A stretch of 49,238 nt of DNA. It comes from a virus. Lineage: Duplodnaviria; Heunggongvirae; Uroviricota; Caudoviricetes. The translations under genes were made by a program, and so were the position numbers. The notes beneath the pieces were generated by a model. The model saw only the letters and a list, made by a program, of their open reading frames with translations, ran no database searches and was not told where the DNA came from. The stretch is from IMG/VR virus record IMGVR_UViG_2534681703_000016. One strand, 5' to 3'. Shown here one piece after another: positions 21,769 to 31,572 of this stretch. Positions within the stretch are counted from its first letter, which is position 1, and each line of letters opens with the position of its first letter.

Positions 21769-22270
21769 CCGCCCCCCTGATATTCCAGATAGCCATTTCC
21801 ACTTCGCGACGGTTCATCAGTCCTTTCCATTTATGGCCTGCGGCAAACACCCAGCGGGCCATCTGGTCACGCGCTCCGGCGTAATCACCGGCATTGAGTT
21901 TTTTCAGCAGCGTTGATTTACTGAATGCGGTAACACCGGTGTTGAAAATAAACGTTGCCAGCGCCGTTTTCTGATATGGCGTCAGCGGCACCCTGACAAG
22001 ACGATCGATTGCCGCATAAACCGGTTTTAAATCACTGTCGAGAAGAGCCATACACTCCGCATGGCTGTAACGGCGCATTTCGATATCCGGCCCGGTATGT
22101 CCCACACAGACCGTAAGCACACCGGCAATATCGCGGTAAGGCATATAAGCGATATTTTCCAGATGGATCAGAGACTGACGGGTCATTTCCTGATAACCAC
22201 CCACACCGCCACCGGCAATCGTTGCCGCCAGCAGTGCGGCTTTCAGTTTTTTTGGTATCCCCGCCATCAT
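21752..22270 (-). CDS. lys: SAR endolysin (lysozyme family)
   Basis: 172-aa ORF with N-terminal signal-anchor-release-like segment KLKAALLAATIAGGGVGG followed by lysozyme-like domain; downstream of C as in Mu. Confidence 0.8.
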   Translation of the reverse strand: MMAGIPKKLKAALLAATIAGGGVGGYQEMTRQSLIHLENIAYMPYRDIAGVLTVCVGHTGPDIEMRRYSHAECMALLDSDLKPVYAAIDRLVRVPLTPYQKTALATFIFNTGVTAFSKSTLLKKLNAGDYAGARDQMARWVFAAGHKWKGLMNRREVEMAIWNIRGADDLRQ

Positions 22271-22340
22271 GCTTCCCTGAAAAAATGCGCTGATGGCAGT
22301 CTAAAAAATCAGATGGCAGGTGCGGGATTATGGTGACAGG

Positions 22341-22367
22341 AAATAACCGGCAGGATGCCGGTTATTT
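22341..22367. terminator. 12-bp perfect inverted repeat hairpin overlapping the C stop codon
   Basis: AAATAACCGGCA-gga-TGCCGGTTATTT; U-rich stem edges; sits between C and lys. Confidence 0.35.
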
Positions 22368-22784
22368 TGGGCTTTCAGGTGAGAACAGATCAGGCTGATG
22401 ACGTCGTGTATGCAGCTTTCTCTGGCGGGCAATAATCTGGTAGATCTGCGGCTGGGACAGGCGATACTGGCGACGCAGTTCTTCCATGTTACGACCATTG
22501 AACTGGCAGTAAAGCAAATCGTCGCGTAACGCGGTCAGGATCGTATCGCCGCAGGGGATGTAAAACTGCCGCCCGCCCAGAAAACAGGACAGGGCAACGG
22601 CCTGTTTACGGGCAAGCTCACGGGGATTGCTGACGTTCTGGCGTTTCAGTTCGTTTTCCAGAATATCAATCAGATCAACCACTGAACGGGGCCAGCGTGA
22701 TTCCAGTTCCGGGGCCGGGATGTTATCAATATGCCCGATTAACTGGCGAATTGCCGGATCGTGTTCAAATAAATCATGCTGCAT
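22362..22784 (-). CDS. C: late transcription activator C (Mor/C family)
   Basis: 140-aa ORF, C-terminal HTH region resembling Mor; located between mor and lys as in Mu. Confidence 0.85.
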   Translation of the reverse strand: MQHDLFEHDPAIRQLIGHIDNIPAPELESRWPRSVVDLIDILENELKRQNVSNPRELARKQAVALSCFLGGRQFYIPCGDTILTALRDDLLYCQFNGRNMEELRRQYRLSQPQIYQIIARQRKLHTRRHQPDLFSPESPK

Positions 22785-22796
22785 ATTTTCCCCCGG

Positions 22797-22916
22797 TTAA
22801 CAGACAAAAAGATACACCACGGCACTGATGGTTATCAGAACCACAAGGGCAATCACTTTTATCGCATTAATCAGCGTGGACGGCCCGAAACATTCATCAC
22901 TGAATTTTCTGTACAT
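22797..22916 (-). CDS. small hydrophobic protein (39 aa), not in ORF track
   Basis: ATG at 22916 preceded by AAGGGG; translation MYRKFSDECFGPSTLINAIKVIALVVLITISAVVYLFVC; stop 12 nt before C start. Confidence 0.35.
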   Translation of the reverse strand: MYRKFSDECFGPSTLINAIKVIALVVLITISAVVYLFVC

Positions 22917-22925
22917 GGTGCCCCT

Positions 22926-23288
22926 TTACCCGAACAGACGAGCGCGAAAACGAAAGGAGAGCCAGAACGTCAGCAATCCGGCCAGCGCCCAGATGACATA
23001 CTCAGGACCCGTTTTCAGTTGAGACGTTGCCATCACGGCTAATCCCAGCCCGGACAGCCCCCCCAGCCAGGTCAGAGGCCAGACGAACCGGGCAAAATGT
23101 TCAGGCACCCGGCAGCTCATTATCAGCGCATCCAGATAATCACCGGCAACACATAAAGCAACACTGAAAACCGAGGCACAGCAAAACATCAGCGCGCGCC
23201 AGCCACAAAACAGACTTATCCACAATAACAGCGCCAGTAATACCACCGATAAAAAATCAGGCCACTGACGAGCAGAACGCTCAGACAT
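22926..23288 (-). CDS. integral membrane protein (middle operon)
   Basis: ORF 22926..23339; start likely MSERSARQ at 23288; three or four predicted TM helices. Confidence 0.5.
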   Translation of the reverse strand: MSERSARQWPDFLSVVLLALLLWISLFCGWRALMFCCASVFSVALCVAGDYLDALIMSCRVPEHFARFVWPLTWLGGLSGLGLAVMATSQLKTGPEYVIWALAGLLTFWLSFRFRARLFG

Positions 23289-23499
23289 AATGTTTCTCCC
23301 TGTAAAGCAGGCAATGATGAAGAATTTCCGGCATATCAACTGACTGCCAGCCTTTCATGTAATAACTGCCGTGGGTGCCATCATGACCGGTATAGTCGCG
23401 GGGCGCAGGACGTGGCCCACCGGCGACACGGCGCAAAACCTCCTGACGCAGCCGCTCACGTCTGCCAAGATGAAAGGATGCATTCCAGCCTTTACCCAT
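23281..23499 (-). CDS. hypothetical protein (middle operon)
   Basis: 72-aa ORF with ATG start, downstream of mor. Confidence 0.45.
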   Translation of the reverse strand: MGKGWNASFHLGRRERLRQEVLRRVAGGPRPAPRDYTGHDGTHGSYYMKGWQSVDMPEILHHCLLYREKHYV

Positions 23500-23576
23500 G
23501 ATGATTTTCCCCGGTACGGTTATTCATCACAGGATATTGAGGACGTAAAAAAAGCCGGATTAACCGGCTTTACTGT

Positions 23577-23966
23577 TTACAGAAGTGAGGGCTGGTACTG
23601 GCGGTATTTCAGCCGTCGCATCCGGCGAATGGCTTTGTACACCGTATTGAAAGTGACACCATAACGGGTGGTCAGTTCGCTGACGTTGCGACCGTTAAAA
23701 TCATTCCAGATACGCAAATCCCGAATCAGCGAGTCCAGAACCTGACCGCGTGGAATGTAGACCTGGCCGCCGCCCAGATGCTTACAGATAGCCACAACAA
23801 TCTCCAGTGAATGGGCAGGATCAACACCCAGCCGGGACAATTCCCCGCGTAGTAAATCGTTCAGCTCCGCCAGCAGTGCCGGAAAGCGTGACGTATCCTC
23901 TGCGGGATTGTCAAGATGTGCCAGGATGGTGTCATCCTGCAAATCACCAAATAAATCTTCCGTCAT
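23577..23966 (-). CDS. mor: middle operon regulator Mor
   Basis: 129-aa ORF; C-terminal region ...GGGQVYIPRG... parallels the C protein; follows gemA with ATGA overlap as in Mu. Confidence 0.85.
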   Translation of the reverse strand: MTEDLFGDLQDDTILAHLDNPAEDTSRFPALLAELNDLLRGELSRLGVDPAHSLEIVVAICKHLGGGQVYIPRGQVLDSLIRDLRIWNDFNGRNVSELTTRYGVTFNTVYKAIRRMRRLKYRQYQPSLL

Positions 23967-24514
23967 TGTGCCATCCTCCGCGTCTTTCTGGCATGGGCAT
24001 AAGCCGCCGTCATGGCATCATAGCCGCGCAGTTCACGCCCGGACGGACTGACCGGCAATGGAAGCCCGTGACGGGAAAAGGCTTCACGAATACAGCGGAT
24101 GTGCCACTGTTTCAGGGTTTCAAGCACAACCTGCAACGATTCTCCGTGGCACCACGCCAGTGTGGAAACACCCTGTCCGCCGTTGCGTTTCGCTGTCAGG
24201 CGCTGAACATATTTATCCAGCGCCACATCACCGCCATCGGTAATAAAACCGTCTTCTGCCATCTGCTGCCAGACTTTGTATACCTTCTCGCGGGGAGTGG
24301 CATACCCCTTAAAGCGGCGACGTGGATGTTTATTCAGCTTCTTAAAGCCGCGTTCTTTCATGGCATCGAGCACCTGTTCCAGTTGCGTGACCGTCAGCTC
24401 GCGGCAACTGGTTTTGCCCGTTTTCTGCATCAGAAAAGCGCGGTAAGTGTCGTCGTCGAGTTGTAGCTCCCGACGGGCGACATGGATTAATTTAATCAGG
24501 GATGTGCGATTCAT
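23963..24514 (-). CDS. gemA: GemA-like protein (Mu gp16)
   Basis: ORF 23963..24682; start reassigned to ATG at 24514 (MNRTSLIKL...) with GAGGTGAG RBS. Confidence 0.7.
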   Translation of the reverse strand: MNRTSLIKLIHVARRELQLDDDTYRAFLMQKTGKTSCRELTVTQLEQVLDAMKERGFKKLNKHPRRRFKGYATPREKVYKVWQQMAEDGFITDGGDVALDKYVQRLTAKRNGGQGVSTLAWCHGESLQVVLETLKQWHIRCIREAFSRHGLPLPVSPSGRELRGYDAMTAAYAHARKTRRMAQ

Positions 24515-24544
24515 TTGCTCACCTCTCATATTAAGGAATGAGAT

Positions 24545-24961
24545 ATGAAAATTGATTATGACGAGATAGCCAGAATATTTGATGTTTTTCTGGAGGCCGA
24601 CACCGCATTCATTCGACTGGAAGATGTCGGCTGGGATTGTTCTCAGCGGCACAGCGACAGCCATCAGAAGCTGGTTTTCCATCTTCTGTTGCTGGTTGAA
24701 AATGGTTTTATCAGCAACAGATATCTGGAAACAGGCACCGCAAAAAGCATTGGTCTCACCCCAACAAGCCTCGGATATTCATATTCAGGCACCAGTGTCA
24801 GACTTACACAAGATGGTCATGATTTTGCGAAAGCACTACATCAAAAACCCATTCTTGAGCGCATAAAACAGGACCTTGCCGACGCCCCGATGACGCTCGT
24901 AACAGACGTCGGCAAACAGTGGTTAACCTCGTTTCTTAAAAAGAAACTCGGGATTGAATAG
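24545..24961 (+). CDS. hypothetical 138-aa protein on the opposite strand to all surrounding prophage genes (possible DUF2513-like winged helix)
   Basis: ATG at 24545 preceded by AAGGAATGAGAT; minus strand has no ORF of 60 aa or more across 24515-24922; AT-richer than neighbours. Confidence 0.6.
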   Translation: MKIDYDEIARIFDVFLEADTAFIRLEDVGWDCSQRHSDSHQKLVFHLLLLVENGFISNRYLETGTAKSIGLTPTSLGYSYSGTSVRLTQDGHDFAKALHQKPILERIKQDLADAPMTLVTDVGKQWLTSFLKKKLGIE

Positions 24962-25234
24962 TTCCCTGTTCATACGTTGCAGCGCATCAAGGGCGGCGAC
25001 AGCCGCCACTTTATTGTTACCATCAGCAATAGTGCGGAGATTTTCAATAATCCAGTGAGGACTCAGTGACTCAGCAATAATGCCAAACCGGTACGCCATG
25101 ACTTCATCAATAGCTTTTTCATGAGACGACTCATATACAAAACTCACAAAGTCATGCACTTCTTTTTTCGGCAAACCACCGGCAATCAGCAGGGCGGCAA
25201 GCTCTTCTGATTTTGAAAATACACCATTATTCAT
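24923..25234 (-). CDS. hypothetical protein (103 aa)
   Basis: ORF 24923..25249 (GTG); ATG at 25234 preceded by AAGGTGAG; 3' end overlaps the plus-strand gene by 39 bp. Confidence 0.5.
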   Translation of the reverse strand: MNNGVFSKSEELAALLIAGGLPKKEVHDFVSFVYESSHEKAIDEVMAYRFGIIAESLSPHWIIENLRTIADGNNKVAAVAALDALQRMNRELFNPEFLFKKRG

Positions 25235-25235
25235 A

Positions 25236-25931
25236 TCACTCACCTTCACAATTCATGCACGCCGTGTCATCGCCCATATCGCAGTGGTTGCATTTCTGCC
25301 CACCACAATGAGGGCACTCTTTCAGATATTCAGGGTTTTCATTACCGCAGGTCGGGCATTCCTGTTTCACCGTGGTGAATGTCCCCAGCCACGAATACGA
25401 ATTTTCACCGACTGTCTTTTTCCCCGTTATTTCTGAATCAGAACTAATACAGTGTTTTTCAACCCATGCCACACGTGCTGAATTCAGGTGGCATCTGGCC
25501 AATTTGCTTTCGTTTCTGTAATGTTTGCTGTCCCGGTTAAATGGCAATTTCTCATTCAGCCCTGCTGAGATAAAGTCCGCATGTAATTGTTCTAATGCGG
25601 CTTCACTGTCTGCACCGGTTGATTCAAAATAATCGTAAGCATTGGCACATAATCCGGCAGCCCGGGTAAATACATCATCGCCCGTCTCCATTGCCCCATT
25701 CTTTAACCATCGGTTGTAGGCTGTATAAAAACTATAAAGTTGCTTTCTGATACAGGTAGTGGCAGTTCCGCCATTAACTGACGCTGGCGTAACATAGCCA
25801 GCTCTGCATAAAGCAGAACGAAGTATATCCAGAACCTGCCAGGCATCTTCTCCTTCAATCACGCTACAGTTTTTGTACACCAGGACGTCCCGGCCACAAC
25901 TTTTATCAATACCCCAGTCTTCAAATTTCAC
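25236..25931 (-). CDS. hypothetical protein with C-terminal double zinc ribbon
   Basis: ORF 25236..25994; preferred start GTG at 25931 with AGGAGG RBS 6 nt upstream; C-terminus CPTCG...CPHCG...CNHC...CMNC. Confidence 0.6.
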   Translation of the reverse strand: MKFEDWGIDKSCGRDVLVYKNCSVIEGEDAWQVLDILRSALCRAGYVTPASVNGGTATTCIRKQLYSFYTAYNRWLKNGAMETGDDVFTRAAGLCANAYDYFESTGADSEAALEQLHADFISAGLNEKLPFNRDSKHYRNESKLARCHLNSARVAWVEKHCISSDSEITGKKTVGENSYSWLGTFTTVKQECPTCGNENPEYLKECPHCGGQKCNHCDMGDDTACMNCEGE

Positions 25932-26460
25932 AACCAGCCTCCTGCACCACACCCGGTGCTGATGAAAAATCAATGATGAGATAACGCAGTACATGGTCGG
26001 TGATATTCCAGGCGCTGGAACTGCAAATAAACCGCCCCAGCCGGATATCGATATAAGCCATCACAAAACGGGGCATTCCCTGTTTGCACATCTCGTCATC
26101 CACTTCTGCAACGATGTGAACGGACTCACAGGTCAGTACGCCTGTCGCAAACTCTTTTGCCAGTGCGGGGATGGTATTACCTTCCACCCAGGGTAATGAG
26201 CGACGCCAGTTGCACCACACCGCATCATCAACAGCAGGCTGCTCAGTTGCGTTTCGTCTTACCGGCGGCGTCTGACGCGGGCGCGGAACGTCATAAAATC
26301 CGTTGCATTCGGTGAGCACTCCGGCATCAACCGCATCACGCAGGAAATACACCATTGCGGAGGGTGGCATCTGCATTTTTTCAGCCAGAACCCCGCAGGT
26401 CAGGCGTCCGTAAGCCCGTAATAATGTGCTGACACCATTCAGAATTTTTGCATCAACCAT
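25921..26460 (-). CDS. hypothetical 179-aa protein with N-terminal winged-helix-like segment
   Basis: ORF downstream of gam with its own start; no family recognisable by eye. Confidence 0.55.
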   Translation of the reverse strand: MVDAKILNGVSTLLRAYGRLTCGVLAEKMQMPPSAMVYFLRDAVDAGVLTECNGFYDVPRPRQTPPVRRNATEQPAVDDAVWCNWRRSLPWVEGNTIPALAKEFATGVLTCESVHIVAEVDDEMCKQGMPRFVMAYIDIRLGRFICSSSAWNITDHVLRYLIIDFSSAPGVVQEAGCEI

Positions 26461-26558
26461 GTTTTATTCCTCAGTAATCTGTTTCAGGCGCGAGCAATCC
26501 CCTGACGCATCGCGCCATAATTAAAAGAATGTGAATTAATTAAATATTAATGGTGGTA

Positions 26559-27083
26559 TTAAATACCGGCTTCCTGTTCAAACGGAATAATGGAAAAATC
26601 TTCAATTCCCGATTTAACCGTAATTCCGGCAACACCTGCGACGGCTTTTGGTTCCAGTAAAATCGCCTCCTTGTTGATTTCCTGCTTCGTGCGAATAAAG
26701 CGTTGCAGGCCAAGACGCTCCAGCGTTTCCATCACTGCATCCATACCACGAATACTTACTGATGGTGGACGGACCCGCCACGATACATCACCGGTGACAA
26801 GATTCGCCGTCTTCACTTTGCCGCCGTTCGTCAGTTCGTCGCGGTTCGCTTCACACCATCCCTGAACGCCTTTTGAAAGGGTTTCAATATCGGTTTTAAT
26901 CGGTGCAATCCGGGCCGCAAATTTCTCCGTAATTTCCGCGATGGCATCATTCATTTCCGTTTCCAGACGTGATGCTTCGCGCTGTAAATCCCCGATGCGT
27001 TTAATATCGGTAATCACCGCATCGCGGTTTTGTGGCACATAAGCCGCTGCGGCACTCTTGATACGTTTTGCTGGTTTAGCCAT
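26559..27083 (-). CDS. gam: Gam, Ku-like double-strand-end binding host-nuclease inhibitor
   Basis: 174-aa translation MAKPAKRIKSAAAAYVPQNRDAVITDIKRIGDLQREASRLETEMNDAIAE... matches phage Mu Gam as recalled. Confidence 0.93.
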   Translation of the reverse strand: MAKPAKRIKSAAAAYVPQNRDAVITDIKRIGDLQREASRLETEMNDAIAEITEKFAARIAPIKTDIETLSKGVQGWCEANRDELTNGGKVKTANLVTGDVSWRVRPPSVSIRGMDAVMETLERLGLQRFIRTKQEINKEAILLEPKAVAGVAGITVKSGIEDFSIIPFEQEAGI

Positions 27084-27102
27084 AAATTAAAGCTCCTGTT
27101 AA

Positions 27103-27402
27103 TTAATATCCGCTGTATACAATGCTGGATACAGCTCGATTGCTTAATTCCATCTTTCGGGCAATGACATGAATATCCAGCCCTTCTTTATAAAGTTCAC
27201 GACATAAATATTTGTCGTGTTCACTGATTCGGTATACACACAATGATATTCCGTGCCTTCTGGCATGTGCCCGGAGGGCGGTTGTGGCGACTTTCAGTTT
27301 TTCCGCCATTTCTTCAACGGTCATTTTCCCGACGTTGGCTTCGATAAATTCCCGGTCTTCGCGTGACCAGCGCTTACGATTACACTTCATGTCAGCCACC
27401 AT
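27103..27402 (-). CDS. hypothetical early protein with HTH-like segment
   Basis: 99-aa ORF in semi-essential early region. Confidence 0.5.
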   Translation of the reverse strand: MVADMKCNRKRWSREDREFIEANVGKMTVEEMAEKLKVATTALRAHARRHGISLCVYRISEHDKYLCRELYKEGLDIHVIARKMELSNRAVSSIVYSGY

Positions 27403-27822
27403 TCAGTACAGCAGAGGCTCGCGCAGTGATGCCGGAATATGCCGCAGCGATAACTGAACCGCTTTCAGGGCAAGCGAGGAATAACAGCAGCGCGCCCAGC
27501 CTTTTGCCATTAACCGGTAATCGCGCCAGATACGCTGCCACATTTCACGGGCCTCAGGGTCTGATGCGCAGATGTATTCCCGGTCCATGACGTACTCCCA
27601 TAAATCCACGTTGAACGCACCGCCAAATGCAATGGCGCGGGATATGCTTTCGCCGCAATAACGCGCACAAATGCTGTAATGGTCGAAAGCAATCAGGTAA
27701 GTCTTTTCACCACAATCATCAACTTTCCGGGCGCAAATAAACTCGCGTAATTCACCACCGTTGTTATTGCGTTCCTGAATTCGGATTAATGCCTGAATTT
27801 CATTTCGGATTTTGACGTTCAT
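27403..27822 (-). CDS. hypothetical early protein
   Basis: 139-aa ORF, tightly packed. Confidence 0.5.
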   Translation of the reverse strand: MNVKIRNEIQALIRIQERNNNGGELREFICARKVDDCGEKTYLIAFDHYSICARYCGESISRAIAFGGAFNVDLWEYVMDREYICASDPEAREMWQRIWRDYRLMAKGWARCCYSSLALKAVQLSLRHIPASLREPLLY

Positions 27823-27842
27823 TGTCAGCGTTCCTTTGCGAA

Positions 27843-28112
27843 TTAATGTCTGGCTGTATTCGGGTTATAGCTGAATAATTCCCCCTCGGCTTCCAGCCCA
27901 AGCTCCCTGGCTGATTTCAACAACTCCTCGGTCGCTTTTTTAATGATTTCAGGAGCCATGCTCTTGATGATGCCTGCCATTACATCATGTGGCCCGGTCT
28001 GGTCCTCAGGTGAGGATTCTTCCAGTCGCACATTCATATTTACGGCAAAACCTCCATTTTCCTGAAACTCAATATTTCTTGTATTGTTAAATTCAAAGAT
28101 TACTTTTGCCAT
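27843..28112 (-). CDS. hypothetical early protein
   Basis: 89-aa acidic ORF. Confidence 0.45.
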   Translation of the reverse strand: MAKVIFEFNNTRNIEFQENGGFAVNMNVRLEESSPEDQTGPHDVMAGIIKSMAPEIIKKATEELLKSARELGLEAEGELFSYNPNTARH

Positions 28113-28132
28113 TTTTCTTCTCCTTATTGATT

Positions 28133-28378
28133 CTAAATAACTGCGCTGGCTTTTACCTTCGCGCCTTTTACCTGCTTAAAGAAAACTGCGCTGCACCACG
28201 GACAACATGTCAGGGAATCCCAAATTTCCTTTTCGTGTGAGCATTGCGTCATAATCTGTTCACCGCATCCGGGGCATTTATATGTCGTCAGCGGCACCCC
28301 GTGGCACTGACAGTGTTTAACCCATTCAATATATTTTTCAGCTTTAATACACATCGTTATCTCCAGATAATCTGACAA
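28133..28378 (-). CDS. small Cys-rich (zinc-binding-like) early protein
   Basis: 81-aa ORF with CQCHG, CPGCG, CCPWC motifs. Confidence 0.45.
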
Positions 28379-28584
28379 CCATTAAGACGGGCCGTCCATA
28401 CAGAACGGGCCACCCCGGACTTATGCTCCATAATCCTGACCGCGTTTTTTACCAGTTCCACCGGTGGGTAAGTGATTTCAAGAATCGGACGCGCCACGCC
28501 GAGATATGATTCATTTACATGACTCCCGCGCGCCTGTAACCAGTTCTGCGCATCCGTTGCCATTTTTATATTTCGGGCCATCAT
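28357..28584 (-). CDS. small early protein at the position of Mu kil
   Basis: 75-aa ORF immediately downstream of B. Confidence 0.4.
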
Positions 28585-28599
28585 AATTTCTTCTCCTTC

Positions 28600-29538
28600 T
28601 TAATTACGCAGCAGCGTTGAAATATCAACGTCCAGGTCTAATTCACGGAAAGCCTGACGCAGATAATCTTCGTTAACACGCTCACCTTTACCGTGAGCCG
28701 TCATGGCGGCAAGGCGAAGTGAATGATTCAGAATGCGAAGCGCACCTGGTTTCTGCGCAATCTGCTGTAATAACTCCAGTTCATTTTCGCCGTTAATCTG
28801 CCAGGCATCCGCAATAGCTTTTACATCGGCTTTTTTGGTTTTATTAATTGCAGTGCGCTTTGCAATACGGGAAAACAGACGGGCAAATTCAACCGTTCTG
28901 TTACCCCCCGTCATATTTGAATAAACCCGGTGATTTCCCATCAGCACAAGGCCAGTGCGGGTTGATTCCTGTAACAGGCGGAGTTCTTCCAGAACTTCGG
29001 CACCAAGATGATCAGCTTCGTCGATGATAACCAGCCCCTGTGTACCTTCAAGGCGACGTCGCAGGGCGCGGGAGAGCGGCCCTTTACGGCGTGGTGCGTC
29101 ATTCATTCCCAGCTCAAACGCCAGTTCAGTAAGACATTCCAGAACGCTGGCACAGGATGGCGTAATGGTGATCATCCAGACATTGTTATTGGTGCGGCGA
29201 TATTCACGGGCCGCTTCGGTTTTGCCCACACCAGGATTGCCACATACAACAGCAATACTTTCAGTCAGGCTGGCAAAACGCATACTTGTCCAGATTTGTT
29301 TTACCGTCTGCGTTTCCACAAAGCGGGGCGGTTCAGGTAGTTCTGCCACTGCATGATATTTTTCCAGCCAGCGTTGCAGCATTTGTGAAACACGCTCGTT
29401 ATCCCCGTTGTACTTATCATTGATAAAACTACTGATAGTTCCGGTAGAAAGTCCGCTCTCAAGAGCAATTTGTTTAAAGGTGGTTTCTTCATTTTCTACA
29501 AGCGTGCGCAGTCCTGCGCGAATATCGGAAATATTCAT
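28600..29538 (-). CDS. B: DNA transposition protein B (AAA+ ATPase)
   Basis: 312-aa ORF with Walker A GNPGVGKT; translation matches MuB as recalled. Confidence 0.92.
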   Translation of the reverse strand: MNISDIRAGLRTLVENEETTFKQIALESGLSTGTISSFINDKYNGDNERVSQMLQRWLEKYHAVAELPEPPRFVETQTVKQIWTSMRFASLTESIAVVCGNPGVGKTEAAREYRRTNNNVWMITITPSCASVLECLTELAFELGMNDAPRRKGPLSRALRRRLEGTQGLVIIDEADHLGAEVLEELRLLQESTRTGLVLMGNHRVYSNMTGGNRTVEFARLFSRIAKRTAINKTKKADVKAIADAWQINGENELELLQQIAQKPGALRILNHSLRLAAMTAHGKGERVNEDYLRQAFRELDLDVDISTLLRN

Positions 29539-29576
29539 CTGAATAACCTCGTAATTAAATTTTGTTTAAACGTTAA

Positions 29577-31565
29577 TTAAATGGCTTTTTTACGTCTGTT
29601 CTGTTCCAGAATATCCAGCGAATGATTCAGATATTCATCACGCTCAGTTTCGTATTCATCATCACGCTCCTGATTCTTCACCCGTTCCGTATTACCGGAA
29701 GGCCGGAAAATGCCGACAATTCGTGATTCTGGTGCTTCAGGTTCGGCTATCTGCGGCAGCAGCTCTGCCACTTCCAGTGCATCCATTTGTTTCTGTGCCT
29801 TAATCGCTGCTTTCGTCGCAGATTTCAGTTGTTTCTGGCGGCGGCGATATTCACGGCCTGCCGCAGCATCATTAAACGCAACAGGTGCCAGACATTCCGC
29901 TTCACAGATAAACCGACCGTCCAGGGTGTAACAATAAACCGTGCTGTGTAGCTGCTGCGGATCAAACCTGACCACAACTTTTTTCACGCCGGCATTCATT
30001 AATGCCATGTTGTAATAAACGTTTTTCGCGCCTTTAAGGGAGCCGCCAACTTTAAGCGTAAACTCGCCTTTGCGTGAAACGTTCACCGCCTCGGCAGGCA
30101 GTAACAGCATCCGTTTTTGTTCTTCGGTTGGCTTACGCACAATCGTTCTGGCGTATTCACGCTCGAAAACATCATCAAACGAGAGTTTGCCCCCGCACAT
30201 TTCTGTTTCACGGCCTGTTCTGGCATTGAACATCGCCACACCTTCGGCAAGGTTTTTCAGAAACAGCTCTGCATCAACAGCGCGGTTGCCATAGTTATCA
30301 GGTTTTGCCTGCGGATTTGGCCCCGTATATGCGCCAGCCAGTGCCGGATGCTTATCAACGTATTCCTCAAGCCCACCAACACCGAAAGCACGTTCAACAG
30401 GTTTTGCCTGGCCCCAGCCTTTACCGGCAACAACGCTTGTCCAGTGCATTTTCGCACCCATCAGTAAAAACAATCCCTTTGGATCGTCTTCTTTCACCTT
30501 AAAGCGGTAGCGATTGGGCGCGCCTCCCGTCAGCCATTTATTCGCAGCACCACGGGTGTTATCAATGGTGATGTGAAAATCCTCCGGGATACCGTAGCGA
30601 GTCACAACATCCATGAACGAGAGGCGAATTGAATCAATGTTCTCGCTCACATCGCAGCGCCAGCCCAGAATTTTTCGGGTTTTCACATCCTGCCAGAACC
30701 ATGTTTTCGGGCGGATCACATCACCGTTAAACCAGCGTACAAAGACGTTATGCAGATAACCGTCGCCGTTGATCCACTGCATGGCGTCCAGGTGTTCCAC
30801 AGTTCGCTGCTGTGCCGGTATCAGATGCATCAGTGCATGTTCACCTTCACGACAGGCAACAACCATTGCCTCGTCCAGTTGCTGAATCCGGCGAAAGGCC
30901 GTGGCACGGGAGGGAATACTCCAGCCATGCTCGCGGGCTGCCAGTTCCAGACGCTCATAACATTTGCGGAAGGCGGGTTTTTCCGGTCGCAGATAATCTG
31001 CAATCAGAAACTGCCAGGCATCCTCGTCAAATTCACTTTTGTGAACATTGCGACGGGATGCACCACGTCCATCAACAAGTGCAGCCGCCCAGTCAGGCTT
31101 CGCAAACTTCTGTACCTGGTAATACTTGTCCCGCAAAGTGGATGCGCTGACCTGGTAATGCCCTGCAACGGTCGCAAAAGCCGTTTTCGTTGAAATCCCC
31201 TGGTTCAGCATTTCGTCTGCAGCCTGAACCGCAGGCAACCATTTTTCAGCAAGTCTGCGCTGGGAATCGCTGGCTTTATCCCATTTGCTCCACAGCACCT
31301 CACGATCATAATCATGGGCTTCCAGCGTGGGGCGGGCGATTTCAAAACGGCCCAGGCTTGTTTCAATTCTCCCTTGTTGCAACAGAATTTCAGCACGTAA
31401 TGCGACAGGGAATGATTTGATATTGAATTCAAATGATACACCTTTAGTCCCTGCAACCTGTCTGAACTCCCAGCCTTCTCTTTGTGCCTTACGTGTAATG
31501 TTAGTGGCTTGCTTTGGTAAACCTGCCAAACCGAGCAACTCTTTTGCTGTATACCATTCTTTCAT
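29577..31565 (-). CDS. A: DDE transposase A (MuA family) with D108-type N-terminal operator-binding domain
   Basis: 662-aa ORF; from about residue 65 onward matches MuA as recalled (…[20 protein letters not shown]… catalytic core), N-terminal ~65 aa differ. Confidence 0.95.
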
Positions 31566-31572
31566 AGCGCAC

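Noticed and set aside
22341-22367. Whether the hairpin after C is a C-protein binding site of the late lys promoter rather than a terminator
   Set aside because: The Mu C-binding consensus could not be recalled reliably enough to call; the element is kept only as a low-confidence terminator-like hairpin.
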